Source of the DNA: Terriglobia bacterium
Lineage (GTDB): Bacteria; Acidobacteriota; Terriglobia; Terriglobales; Acidobacteriaceae
Direction of reading: 5' to 3'
Length of the DNA stretch: 64,000 nt
Assembly (NCBI GenBank): GCA_020073385.1
Contig: JAIQFH010000031.1
Span: forward strand, 10,233 to 74,232
Shown here: in pieces, positions 21,091 to 30,700 of the stretch
How positions within the stretch are numbered: the stretch's first letter is position 1
Layout: every line of letters starts with the position of its first letter
Notes under the pieces: model-generated
Told to the model about the DNA's origin: nothing
Database searches by the model: none
What the model saw: the letters and a program-made list of their open reading frames with translations, nothing else
Program-made: the position numbers and the translations under genes

Positions 21091-21901
21091 GTTTCTCTTT
21101 CTCCTTGGCCATCACTGCGACGCCTGTGGGCTGAGGATGCGCGCTCGGAATTTGTGCTGCAGGCTGAGTGAGCCAGGTTTCGAAGCGGATCTCGCCGAGT
21201 TGTGCGTTATTGCCTGGAAGCAGTGTTTTCTCGCTGAGTTTCGCTCCAGAGTAACGCGCGTTTGGGTCAGCGATGACTTCGCGCGGATCTTTGAGCGAGA
21301 CCAAACGCTGCCGGACTAGTTCATCCACGCGAAACTGTTCCGGCCCTCCTATTTCGACGATGCCGTTTAACGGCGGACCGACTGCAATCCTGCCCACACC
21401 ACTCGCGACATCGTCGGCGGCCATCGGCTAGAAAAGCACCGGTGGCAAATGCACTTTGTCACCGACCATGGAAATGTCGGCAAGGCCCTTGAGGAACTCG
21501 AAGAACTGCGTTGCATGCACGATGGAGTAGGGGATGGAAGATTCCTTAATCAATTTCTCCTGAGCAATCTTGGCCCGGAAGTAACCACTTTCGGCCAGCA
21601 ACTGCGTCCCCACAACCGATAACGCAACATGATGCCCGACCCCTGCCGCCGCTTCATAGCTCAGGAGGTTACGGGTTGATGTCACAAAGAAGTTCAGCAC
21701 TGCTGCGTCGTCCCAGGAGGGAGAGTTTGATACGTCAACGACTACCGAGGCGCCTTTCAGCACTTCGGCCAGTCCTTCACCCGTGAGGGTATTAACCCCT
21801 GTATTGGGCGCAGCCGCTACAGCTTCATGTCCGTGTTCACGAAGCTTGTTGACGAGCTTTGATCCGATCAGTCCAGTGCCGCCGATTACTACTATTTTCA
21901 T
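21074..21901 (-). pseudogene. NmrA-like NAD(P)H-binding SDR interrupted by an in-frame TAG (21428-21430)
   Basis: ORF 21428..21901 ('MKIVVIGGTGLIGSKLV...VHLPPVLF*') and ORF 21074..21424 ('MAADDVASGVGRIAV...') share one frame, separated only by TAG-CCG. The continuous reading is ...PPVLF*PMAADDVA... Confidence 0.65.
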
Positions 21902-22004
21902 GATTATCTCCTTGTCACTCTGAGCGACGCATTTCGCGAGGCCATCAGTCTCCTGTGTTCGCTAAGACAGAACCGCCGGTCGATTTGTGACACGATCTGT
22001 GAAT

Positions 22005-22549
22005 TTAATCTCGGCCAGATTTTTCATCGTGATCATGGTTCGCTGCGTTAATACGCACGGATTGCTTGCTGCCTCTCCCCAGACGTATCTGCATCATTTC
22101 CTTCAGTTTTCTTCGAGCCCTTGCAAGCTGCGCTTTCACTGTGGTTGGACAGCTGTCATTATTTTGACAATTCGTGACGCCAGATCCTCCGCACCGAAAC
22201 CTCAAGCTCCCGATCTCAGCACTCATCAAATCCGGTGCGGTGTATGTTGTCGGAGGTCAATGCGTATGTAGGCAAACTGCTTTTCGCAATGAGACACACC
22301 TCGTAGGTCCGGGCCGAAATCGTAAACGGCCGGCCGATGTTGCGGTGCCAGCAACCAAAGGTTCCCAAAAGGAAGTCGTGTATTCGACGTATCACTGCTC
22401 AACACGTTGGCAATCTGTTGTCCATTTGCTTGCCTCCGCTTTGCTCGCGCTTTGAGGCTGTTTTTCTTCTGAGGCGCTGATTCCTTCCATTCGAGGGCCA
22501 CTCCTTTGGAAGCGCACGTGCTTCTGTTGTGATCAATTCCGCATTTCAT
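22005..22549 (-). pseudogene. Possible ECF sigma factor relic split across two frames
   Basis: ORF 22005..22229 carries a region-4-like 'CPTTVKAQLARARRKLKEMM'. ORF 22226..22549 carries a weak region-2-like 'WLLAPQHRPAVYDF'. The frames differ. Weak call. Confidence 0.3.
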
Positions 22550-22693
22550 GTATCGCGTCCAATCGTGAACGGCATCCGAATATCTAGCAGATCAAGCTGG
22601 GGAACGCCGACCACACAAACGAGTGAATTCAGAGAGGAGCCGTATTGGACAAGTGCAGGAGCACCTCTAGCGCAAACCGCCTCGTCCCTTGGT

Positions 22694-23319
22694 TTTGATG
22701 TAGAGACCGGGGAACACGACGACGGACGTTCAGCTTTTGCCTTCGTGTGTCCGCGTCTGTTGGGCATCGCTTACCGCCTGCTCGGAAGTGCGGCGGAAGC
22801 CGAGGATATCGTGCAAGAGGTTTGGTTGCGGTGGCAATCGACGAATCGGAGAGTGGTTGAGAATCCCCCCGCATTCCTGGCGAAGACGACCACACGCGCC
22901 ACGAAACCTACATCGGGACGTGGCTTCCCGAACCGATGGACACCGCCAGTGATCCCGGATTAGGTGCGGAGCGCGGACAGGCATTGAAACGTGCGTTCCT
23001 GGTGCTGCTTGAAAAACTCTAGCCCACAGAACGTGCCGCGTATGTTCTGCGTGAAGCCTTCGATTACCCCTACTGCCAGATCGCGGACATCCTGCAAATG
23101 GAGGAAGCAAACGCCCGCCAACTCGTCTCCCGTGCCCGTAAACACATTGCAGATGGCCGGTGCACGTCCGTCAGTTCGAACGAGCAGCGGCGCTTTCTGG
23201 AGGCCTTTATCGGTGCCGCGCAGACGGGAGACATGGTCGCTCTGGAGGGTCTCTTCGCAGAGGATGTTGTCTCTTACACAGATGGCGGTGGATTTGTGCC
23301 CGCGGCGCTCTCTTTCTGA
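22694..23319 (+). pseudogene. SigJ-like ECF sigma factor relic (frameshift/deletion near 22895, in-frame TAG at 23020-23022, truncated C-terminus)
   Basis: Frame 1: 'PRLLGIAYRLLGSAAEAEDIVQEVWLRWQSTNRRVVENPPAFLAKTTTR'. Frame 2: 'RHETYIGTWLPEPMDTASDPGLGAERGQALKRAFLVLLEKL*PTERAAYVLREAFDYPYCQIADILQMEEANARQLVSRARKHI...GDMVALEGLFAEDVVSYTDGGG'. Confidence 0.6.
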
Positions 23320-23441
23320 ATGTTAGTCACACGCTTCACTCGAAAAGGCTTTGCTGGCTGTGCCGAAGAAGCAAGGCAGTAGCGATCTGACTAAACACAA
23401 TCCGATCGAAACGTCTCGAGATTGTCACCGGCCTGCATATT

Positions 23442-24761
23442 TCATGCTGCCGGGTCAATAAAGTTCCGCTCGGAAGGCCGTTCGACAGAAAATACACGTA
23501 CTTGGCGACGCTGGGTAAGGAAAGCAAATCCCCATTGGAGCAGAACAAACAATCGATTTGCGAATCCAATGAGGAAATAAATATGTACGCCTGCCCAGAC
23601 GAGCCATGCCGGGAACCCCGCAAAACGTGCGAACCGCAGGTCAGCCACTGCATACGTCCGACCAACGATCGCGAGATCGCCCTTGTCCCAATACCAGAAT
23701 GGTGCGGGCGCCTGGCGACCTTGTACGCGCCGCCGGATCACGTTGGCCACGTACTTGCCCTCCTGGATAGCCGGCTGAGCCACTCCCGGCATCACCATAG
23801 GAGTTCGCGATTTGATGCCCACCAGATTGCGGGTACATGCAACGATGTGAGCAGTATCACCAATTGCAAAAACATCCCGATGCCCTGGTACCGACAAGTC
23901 GGGCGCGACGATAATTTTCCCTGATTTGTCTGTCGGCGCATTCAGCCATCGCCCGGCCGGCGACGCAACTACACCCGCTCCCCACAGAACAGTGGCGGCT
24001 GGAACACGCTGTCCGCCAACGACAATTCCTGCCGAATCGACGGAGGTAACCAGAGCCTTGGTATATACCCGGACGCCTAGACTCTCAAGGTGCCGAAGCG
24101 CTTTCATGGAAAGGTGCTCAGGAAAGGTGGGCAGAATGCGGGGCGCTGCCTCATACAAGCAAATCCGAGCGGAGGCGGGATCTATATGCCGAAAATCATG
24201 GGCCAACGCCATGCGCGACATTTCAGCAAGCGTGCTGGCCATCTCAACCCCGACCGTCCCGGCACCGACCAGTGCGAAGGTTAGTTGACGTTCAATTTCG
24301 CCGGAAGCAGCCTGTCCGGAGGACGCCATTTCCTCAGCTCGCTCAAAAGCGAGCAAGATTTTGCCTCGAATCACGTCGGCATCATCGAGTGATTCGAGAC
24401 CCGGCGCAAACTTCCGCCATTCGTCGTGGCCGAAATAGTTGTATTGGATGCCGGTAGCGAGGATGAGGAAGTCGTATGGCAAGTCACGCTGTTTCAGATG
24501 AACGACACGTTCGCTCGAGTTGATGCCGGTGACTTCATCTAGCAGCACATCAACATTTTTTTGGCGACTAAGGATAGAACGCAGAGGCCCGGCGATCTCA
24601 TCACCGGAAAGCAGTCCCGTCGCGACCTGGTAAAGCATCGGGCGAAATAGATGGTAATTCCTCTTATCAATCAGCGTCAGGTTAACCGGGGCGCTGTGCA
24701 ACGCACGAGCTGCATTGAGACCACCGAAGCCACCGCCAACGATAATTACACGAGGGGTCAT
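23442..24761 (-). CDS. ndh: Type II NADH dehydrogenase (NDH-2), FAD/NAD(P)-dependent oxidoreductase
   Basis: 'MTPRVIIVGGGFGGLNAARAL...LIDKRNYHLFRPMLYQVATG', second Rossmann 'FALVGAGTVGVEMA', C-terminal membrane-anchoring helices. Confidence 0.85.
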   Translation of the reverse strand: MTPRVIIVGGGFGGLNAARALHSAPVNLTLIDKRNYHLFRPMLYQVATGLLSGDEIAGPLRSILSRQKNVDVLLDEVTGINSSERVVHLKQRDLPYDFLILATGIQYNYFGHDEWRKFAPGLESLDDADVIRGKILLAFERAEEMASSGQAASGEIERQLTFALVGAGTVGVEMASTLAEMSRMALAHDFRHIDPASARICLYEAAPRILPTFPEHLSMKALRHLESLGVRVYTKALVTSVDSAGIVVGGQRVPAATVLWGAGVVASPAGRWLNAPTDKSGKIIVAPDLSVPGHRDVFAIGDTAHIVACTRNLVGIKSRTPMVMPGVAQPAIQEGKYVANVIRRRVQGRQAPAPFWYWDKGDLAIVGRTYAVADLRFARFAGFPAWLVWAGVHIYFLIGFANRLFVLLQWGFAFLTQRRQVRVFSVERPSERNFIDPAA

Positions 24762-24861
24762 CGGCTCCTCCGAGACAAACCTGCAGCTATAGGATGAAAT
24801 CCTCCGGCGGTTCGATGCCTTAAAGCAGCCTTCCTAAGAGTACCCAGCTCACATTCGTAGC

Positions 24862-25194
24862 TTATGCAGCTCGCCAAATTGGCCCCGATTGTGCCCTCTC
24901 AGCACAGGTGGCCGCGCATTGACGGCACGCTTGGGCACACTTCTTCATCGTTTCGCCTTCGTGCTTTCCGCACTCGGCCGCGCAGGCTGTGCATAGCTCC
25001 GAACAGATAGCACACACCGGAATTTCATTGGTCCTGCGAGGTTGGTCGTACGTGATATTCGCGATCGCGATTCGAAACTGGCCGGTGCCGGTCGAAGTCC
25101 GCCGGGCGGCATGAACCGTGTTTGCATTCCGCTGGCGCATCGGTTGTGTTGCCCGCCAGTCGGCGAGCCATCGTATTTTAAGTATGTGATCCAT
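24862..25194 (-). CDS. DUF326-like Cys-rich four-helix-bundle (copper-binding) protein; N-terminal half degenerate
   Basis: The C-terminal 'CAICSELCTACAAECGKHEGETMKKCAQACRQCAATCAE' matches the DUF326 Cys pattern. The expected upstream Cys repeats are missing. Start assumed at MDHILK (25194). Confidence 0.4.
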   Translation of the reverse strand: MDHILKIRWLADWRATQPMRQRNANTVHAARRTSTGTGQFRIAIANITYDQPRRTNEIPVCAICSELCTACAAECGKHEGETMKKCAQACRQCAATCAERAQSGPIWRAA

Positions 25195-25285
25195 GGCAGT
25201 GTGCGGTTGCAAATTCGGACACAGTGCAGCAAAGCCAGGGCGGAGTCGCAATGAAGCGGGCCACCCATACAGGTTGCACAACTCT

Positions 25286-25822
25286 ATGGGCTGGCATTGT
25301 GCCTCGTGTCATCAGCTCATCACCAGCGTTAACAAGGGTCGGGTGGAGTGGCTAGCCTCGGAGGACGACCACGGTGCGACGATTTTAAGTGGGCTACGGT
25401 TGGTTCATCGCGAGTCCTGCAGGTACGATCCACAGAGCGTGTTCCGGAGCGGTCAAAGTGTGGTGGAAGGCTTGTCTCTCGAACGCTTCGTCGGCCCCGA
25501 CGGTCTAATTCTGCTGCTGTCACTTCTAGCGGCGGGTGAGCTACCTGCAGCAGAAGTCATCGAGATGGCAAAGCGAGTGCAAATTTCCCGCTACGAACTG
25601 GCCCGCAATCTTATAGGGCAACAGAATTTCCCCCAGGTTCTCCCATCTTCGTTGGGCCACGGATGTTACCTGCAATCGGAGATAGCGGAACTGATTTCGA
25701 CGTGCAATGACGCATCCAAGTTGGCGGGGACGACGGGACTCGAACCCGCGGCCTCTGCCGTGACAGGGCAGCAACGACGTGCAACTTATTGGATTTCAAC
25801 GGTACTGACAGCCCGTTCTTGA
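25286..25822 (+). CDS. Hypothetical protein whose 3' end reads through the tRNA fragment and repeat R1 (probably chimeric C-terminus)
   Basis: ORF 25193..25822; plausible start MGWHCASCHQLITSV at 25286. The last ~35 codons ('AGTTGLEPAASAVTGQQRRATYWISTVLTARS') translate tRNA-derived and repeat sequence. Confidence 0.35.
   Translation: MGWHCASCHQLITSVNKGRVEWLASEDDHGATILSGLRLVHRESCRYDPQSVFRSGQSVVEGLSLERFVGPDGLILLLSLLAAGELPAAEVIEMAKRVQISRYELARNLIGQQNFPQVLPSSLGHGCYLQSEIAELISTCNDASKLAGTTGLEPAASAVTGQQRRATYWISTVLTARS
25722..25771 (-). other. tRNA-Asp(GTC) 3' portion (anticodon arm to CCA) lacking acceptor-5' and D arm; att-like island junction
   Basis: Reverse complement: CTGCC-CTGTCAC-GGCAG AGGCC GCGGG-TTCGAGT-CCCGT CGTCCCC G CCA. 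The T arm is identical to the intact tRNA-Asp at 44156-44232. No matching 5' acceptor (GGGGACG) or D arm lies upstream. Confidence 0.75.
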
Positions 25823-25874
25823 TCCCCTAAGGAACTCTTTGACCGTGCTTATCGGACCCAAATCGGACCCGAAT
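25757..25874. repeat. Direct repeat R1 (~118 bp), partner of R2 at 44295-44412
   Basis: Aligned by eye at a constant offset of 18538 bp with no indels. I counted about a dozen mismatches. Contains the hairpin GGATTTCAACGG-N10-CCGTTCTTGATCC. Confidence 0.85.
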
Positions 25875-26081
25875 CTGCGCGAACTTTGGATGCCAGGAGT
25901 GTCTTCTTTCCCCAATGCGACCTCTCAGTGCAACCTGTGTATGTTCGGTCAGGTTGCTTCCGAATTGCTGACGGATCCGGAATGTACCGGTACAACACAC
26001 GTATGCCGTATACATGCAGATCATCCGCATCAGCAAAAACGAAAGTATCTCGTTATATGTATCGCTTGGAAGCCCTGCCGA

Positions 26082-27734
26082 TCATCCTTTCATATCAACG
26101 ACATAATCGAAGTCAAGGCCCGCGCTGTGCTCCGCCGAACTAATGTCTTTGCGTCGGCCAATCCAAAAGTAATCGTTGCCGTTCCAGTCCTTCGCATATT
26201 TCCACAGCCTTTGAACACGCAGGCCGGTGCGCGGTATCTCCTCTTCTCGGAGTTGCCAGGATTCCTCCAGAATCCGCGTACGATACTGCGGATTCTCAAT
26301 GCTTGCCGCCTCATCAGTGCGTGCGCGCCGGAGGTACATTTCCGAAACTGCAGAACCAGAAATAGATCTCTTGCGTCTGGGTACGTAAGGAATCCAATGC
26401 GAAGGTACAGGGCTCATCAACCGAAAAACCGGCATCGGGGAACCATTGGGGGGCTCTGTCGCAGATTCACGCCTGTTCTTGCCTTGAGCGGATTCAACAT
26501 CTCCGCGGTCAATCTTCTCGCCGGTTTGGTCCGTGTAGTGCTGTTCAACGGCCCAGACACTATTGGAGAGCTCATCGGGCACAAAATGGATCTCTTCCAC
26601 ACTATCCGTTTGAGCAAGAGTTGGAACAATGTTCGGCAAATACAGATAGCTGCCATCGACCTTGCTACTGCTCCCGTCTTGGCTGGACAGCGTAAAAACG
26701 GACCAAGCTTCCCCGCCCCATTCTTTGAGCGTGGGCTCCAAATCGGTTGCAATCCCGAACGAGTCGATGACGCGCACGCGTGAAAGCCGTTGTATGTCGC
26801 CCGGCTGCATCTCCACTGGTATGCAACACCAGTTATCGCAGTCGATCATCAGAAATTCTGCAAGGAGCATCTGCAAGAAGTTCGGTTCCGCGCTCGCTAG
26901 CAAGGTCACATTGGTATCGGCATCCTCGAACTCCCAGAAGCGCGCAGAAGGCATACCCGCAACCCGCAAGCTTCGTGGTAGCAGGCGAAAAGTCCTTTCC
27001 TTTTCCACGGAGAGACCGCTGACACTATTGACGTCAAAGTTGTACCAGTCCAATTCACGGCCGTCGTATTCGGACACGTGAAGAGTCAGACCTTCTCCTC
27101 TCAAATCACACTCATATTCAAGGCGCGAGGAATTCCACCAAGGCGAATGATTTTCGGTTTCAGTTTCAATGATTGATTCGAGTGGTTCACAGCCGAGTGG
27201 ATCGGTCCTGTTCGGTATCTTATTGATGGGGATCGAGGAGGCTACAATCTCGACCTGAGCGATCCCGCCCGTGTTTTCCGCTTCAAATTCGCCTGCCTGC
27301 CAGGCCCGTGCAAGAAGGTGCAAGGGATCTTTGATCCTAGCTTCGAATCCCTCCAACAAGTTTGGCGTTGTCGTATTCGGCAAGAGTTGTTGCGGTTCCC
27401 GGCCAGCGCCAATCACGACCTCAACCTGCGGAAGTTTAGTCCACACGGGCGCTCCCCCGGACTCGGTCCTTAGAGATTCGGCTGTCGTCGGCCCGGTCCG
27501 GAGAACAGACTGAGAAGCACGGTACGAAGCTGCTGGCTCAGTGCCTAGCTTCACATCGAAGGCGTACCTGCCATCGCGATCACTGGTCTCCAATGCAGGC
27601 GTTCTACGAGAATTATTTCTTACCCCACCTCTTCTGACGTGGATGGTGCCCCTCTCGTCCGCAACCGTACGGGATACCGCTACTCTAGGTGGTTCTGACG
27701 CTTTGTCATTTGCCTGTACCCTTCTGCTTGTCAT
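26082..27734 (-). CDS. Giant-operon protein E (550 aa), no recognised domain
   Basis: ATG overlaps the stop of D (ATGA). Motifs 'LLARAWQAGEFEAE' and 'ARFWEFEDADTNVTLLASAEPNFLQMLLAEFLMIDCDNWCCIPV'. No signal peptide. Confidence 0.8.
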   Translation of the reverse strand: MTSRRVQANDKASEPPRVAVSRTVADERGTIHVRRGGVRNNSRRTPALETSDRDGRYAFDVKLGTEPAASYRASQSVLRTGPTTAESLRTESGGAPVWTKLPQVEVVIGAGREPQQLLPNTTTPNLLEGFEARIKDPLHLLARAWQAGEFEAENTGGIAQVEIVASSIPINKIPNRTDPLGCEPLESIIETETENHSPWWNSSRLEYECDLRGEGLTLHVSEYDGRELDWYNFDVNSVSGLSVEKERTFRLLPRSLRVAGMPSARFWEFEDADTNVTLLASAEPNFLQMLLAEFLMIDCDNWCCIPVEMQPGDIQRLSRVRVIDSFGIATDLEPTLKEWGGEAWSVFTLSSQDGSSSKVDGSYLYLPNIVPTLAQTDSVEEIHFVPDELSNSVWAVEQHYTDQTGEKIDRGDVESAQGKNRRESATEPPNGSPMPVFRLMSPVPSHWIPYVPRRKRSISGSAVSEMYLRRARTDEAASIENPQYRTRILEESWQLREEEIPRTGLRVQRLWKYAKDWNGNDYFWIGRRKDISSAEHSAGLDFDYVVDMKG

Positions 27735-30700
27735 GGCGCCACGCGTTTCTGGTTCCGTTCAATAATTGAACGGGCATTTTCATTTTCCTTTGGAATACTG
27801 GACTTCCGTTGCCAGCCGAATGATTCCTTGGCCCAAGGTATGTAATCAGTCTTTGGTGCCAAAGGGATCCGGGCACTCTTCCCCTTTGCAGGCACCAAAC
27901 TGAACGCCCGCAAACCGAAACGGGTAATGCTCCCTTCCATGGAAGAGAGCGAACGAATACGCAAGAGCCGGATTGTTTCTTTCACAAGTAAAGCCAACTG
28001 CTCTTCGCTCCACGCGGTCTGCCTGTCATTCGCTGCGACACCTAAAAGGAAAGCATTGGGGGCTTGGCACTGCGGTGCGTCACGGTTGATGGCAATGGCC
28101 CCGGTGTGACTGGAACTGGGTTTGAAGACCGCCCACTCGGCCGCCACAAATCCTGCAAGAGGCGGCTGAGGGTTCGCACCATGAAGAAGCAGGTGACTGC
28201 CTACATACAGAGTCTCAGGATGCTTTGCATTGTCCCGTCTAGCATCATCAGGATTGGTGCTTTTGATGATCTTTGACACTCTGGCTTCAAGCGGGAGACA
28301 GTCAGCCATTTTGTACAACGAGACCAGCGGCTTCTGGATGTGCTGCCAGCGCTCCAGGATATCGGCAACCGGTGCCGGCGTTCCGAAATCGGAAATTGGA
28401 ATACTGTACGGCGGCCAGATTGGAAGTGCCTCCCCGTCGCAAGCTGTCTGCAATGCCCTAGCAACCGCCTGTAGTCCTTCGGCGGAACCAAGCTGGCTTC
28501 GTTTCACCTCTATGGACGCAAGCACCTCCTGAACATACCTGGCATAGGCATCCGGATTCGCAATAATCTCTTGAATGGCGTGCAGACGCAACGCTTCGGG
28601 AAGGCCGAACTTTGCCAAGGATCTCAGGTCGGTCTCCAATGCTGCTTTCTTTTTTCGAAGATCCTCGATCTCCTTATCACGGTCTCGCAGGGCGGACTGA
28701 TCACCGCTATCTTCTTGGCCAATGGTTCTCGCCGACCCAAGCAACGAGATCAACTCGCCACTGATCCTGGCCACGACACTCTTAAGGGTATTCCCTGCCG
28801 GATCCATCATAGGGAGGAGGCTCTCGACTCTTGTCAGAAGGCCATCCACCGCCGCCCGCTTAACGTCGAACAGGTCCACCTGCTTGGAAGGATCACTTAA
28901 AGGCTGCAAGTCCGTTGGGGTGATCGCCCTTGATTGCGAGATAACTTGTCGTAGGATCATTGCGCGATCCAGCAGTTCCGCTACACTCGGAACGTTCCCC
29001 GACTTGAACGCAAGATTGAAACTCAGCGGACACTCCTGATTCAAGAAGGCGTCGAGACTGCGGTCTGGCAACGGCCCGAACTTCCGACTCAACTCGCTGT
29101 TCTGCTGCTCCCAAAGACCGACAATGTGCGCCCGGCTGAGGAGTTTGACTAGCGCCTGCCCTCCCAACAAAATGTCTACCGGATCCAGGCCAAGATCCGA
29201 CTTCAGGGAAATGCTTCGGACGTCAATCTGTTCAGGCGATTTCGAGTTAGATACCGTCACCTGCACGACGCTTTGATCGAATCCTGAAAAGGCAGTTGCG
29301 CTAATTTTCGCCAACAACGGCTCGGCGATGATGCGGGGATTGGTCGTTGTCGCATCCACTATCGGAGAGGAGTCTATAAACAAGACACGATGCGGTGAAC
29401 TTTGGCCGTTCCTCCGAATCCTGACAAACTCTACTTCTCCGGGAGGCATTCCTCCACTCAGACATTGCATCCATGCGCTCACTCCAGCCGTATTACCGAG
29501 CGCCAGTTGATGCACGCTCTCCGCAACCACGAGGTCGCAGAACGCATCTTTCTCCTCCTGTAACTCATCCAGTAGCTTGATCACTTCTTCGCGTCTGGTT
29601 CCGTCGCCCTGGTTCCTCAATTGTGTGGCATTAGCCAAGAGCTTCTCGCCGTCTAGCAATGGCGAGAGAGCTGCCGCATTGTCCAGACCACGGGCGACTG
29701 AATAGTCGGTCCTGTATTCGTAAATCAAAGCATCCTGGCCCCGGTCGTGCAGCCAGCGCTCCGCGTGATATCCCAATATTTCATTCAGCCGAATGCCTTT
29801 CCGAAGTGCATTTAAGGTCCTTAACGCTTTTCGTACTCGGCGCGAGCACAGATTGAGCTGAAAAGGCCTCTTGTCACCGCCGAAACGGATTGCGGCAGAG
29901 CGAAGAATTCCAGCAGTCGTAGCCTGGGCGATGCTCGGAGCTATGACGTATCCGTCACTGTCCCCAGTCGCCGACTCGGTTCGCAGTTTTCCTATCATCC
30001 CGTAGTAGCCAATCAACAATTGCTTGTTGCCAGCTCTACGCTGAGCAGATAAGCGAAATGCCGCAAGGGAGGTCTGCCACGCGTCCGTGCGATGGTCGAC
30101 CAGGTCCAGCATCTCAAGTAGAAGAACTTCCAACTGGGTATCCGGAGTAGATGCAAGGAGACTGAGTGCATCGCTGAAATTACTGACTCGTTCGCGCAAG
30201 CCCTTCAGATTCGGATCTTGCGAGTTTGCCATTACAGCTATGGCATCTGGGAGGCCGCCTACGTCCTTTCCAGATTTCACAATTACTTCGGAAAGAAGCG
30301 AACTGAGGGCCAGAAGTACCAACCGGTACAACAGCGGAGTGTCGCGGTCTTCGGCCTCGGGATCCCCGAGCTCAAGTTCAGAGACGCGCTTGCGCAGTAG
30401 GTCTTTCAGATATTGGGCAGGCTGCCGATTCTCAGTTATGCCGCCCACTAAGGGGCAAACCACCGGGCGAGCACTACTACCTTTTGGTTTATCGGTGCCG
30501 TCTATACGGGGAGATACAGGGAGAACCTGGAGGATGCGACGGAGCACCTCGCCCTGATTCGGCGAACCTGGATGCATGACCGGAAGCCTAACTGCTGACT
30601 TGTCGAGGCTTTTGAGGGTTAGATCGCAGAATCGTCTTACAAAATTGAAACTTTTCTGTTCCTGAACCGGCGCGCTTCCGGGAGCTTCCACATCACTTGG

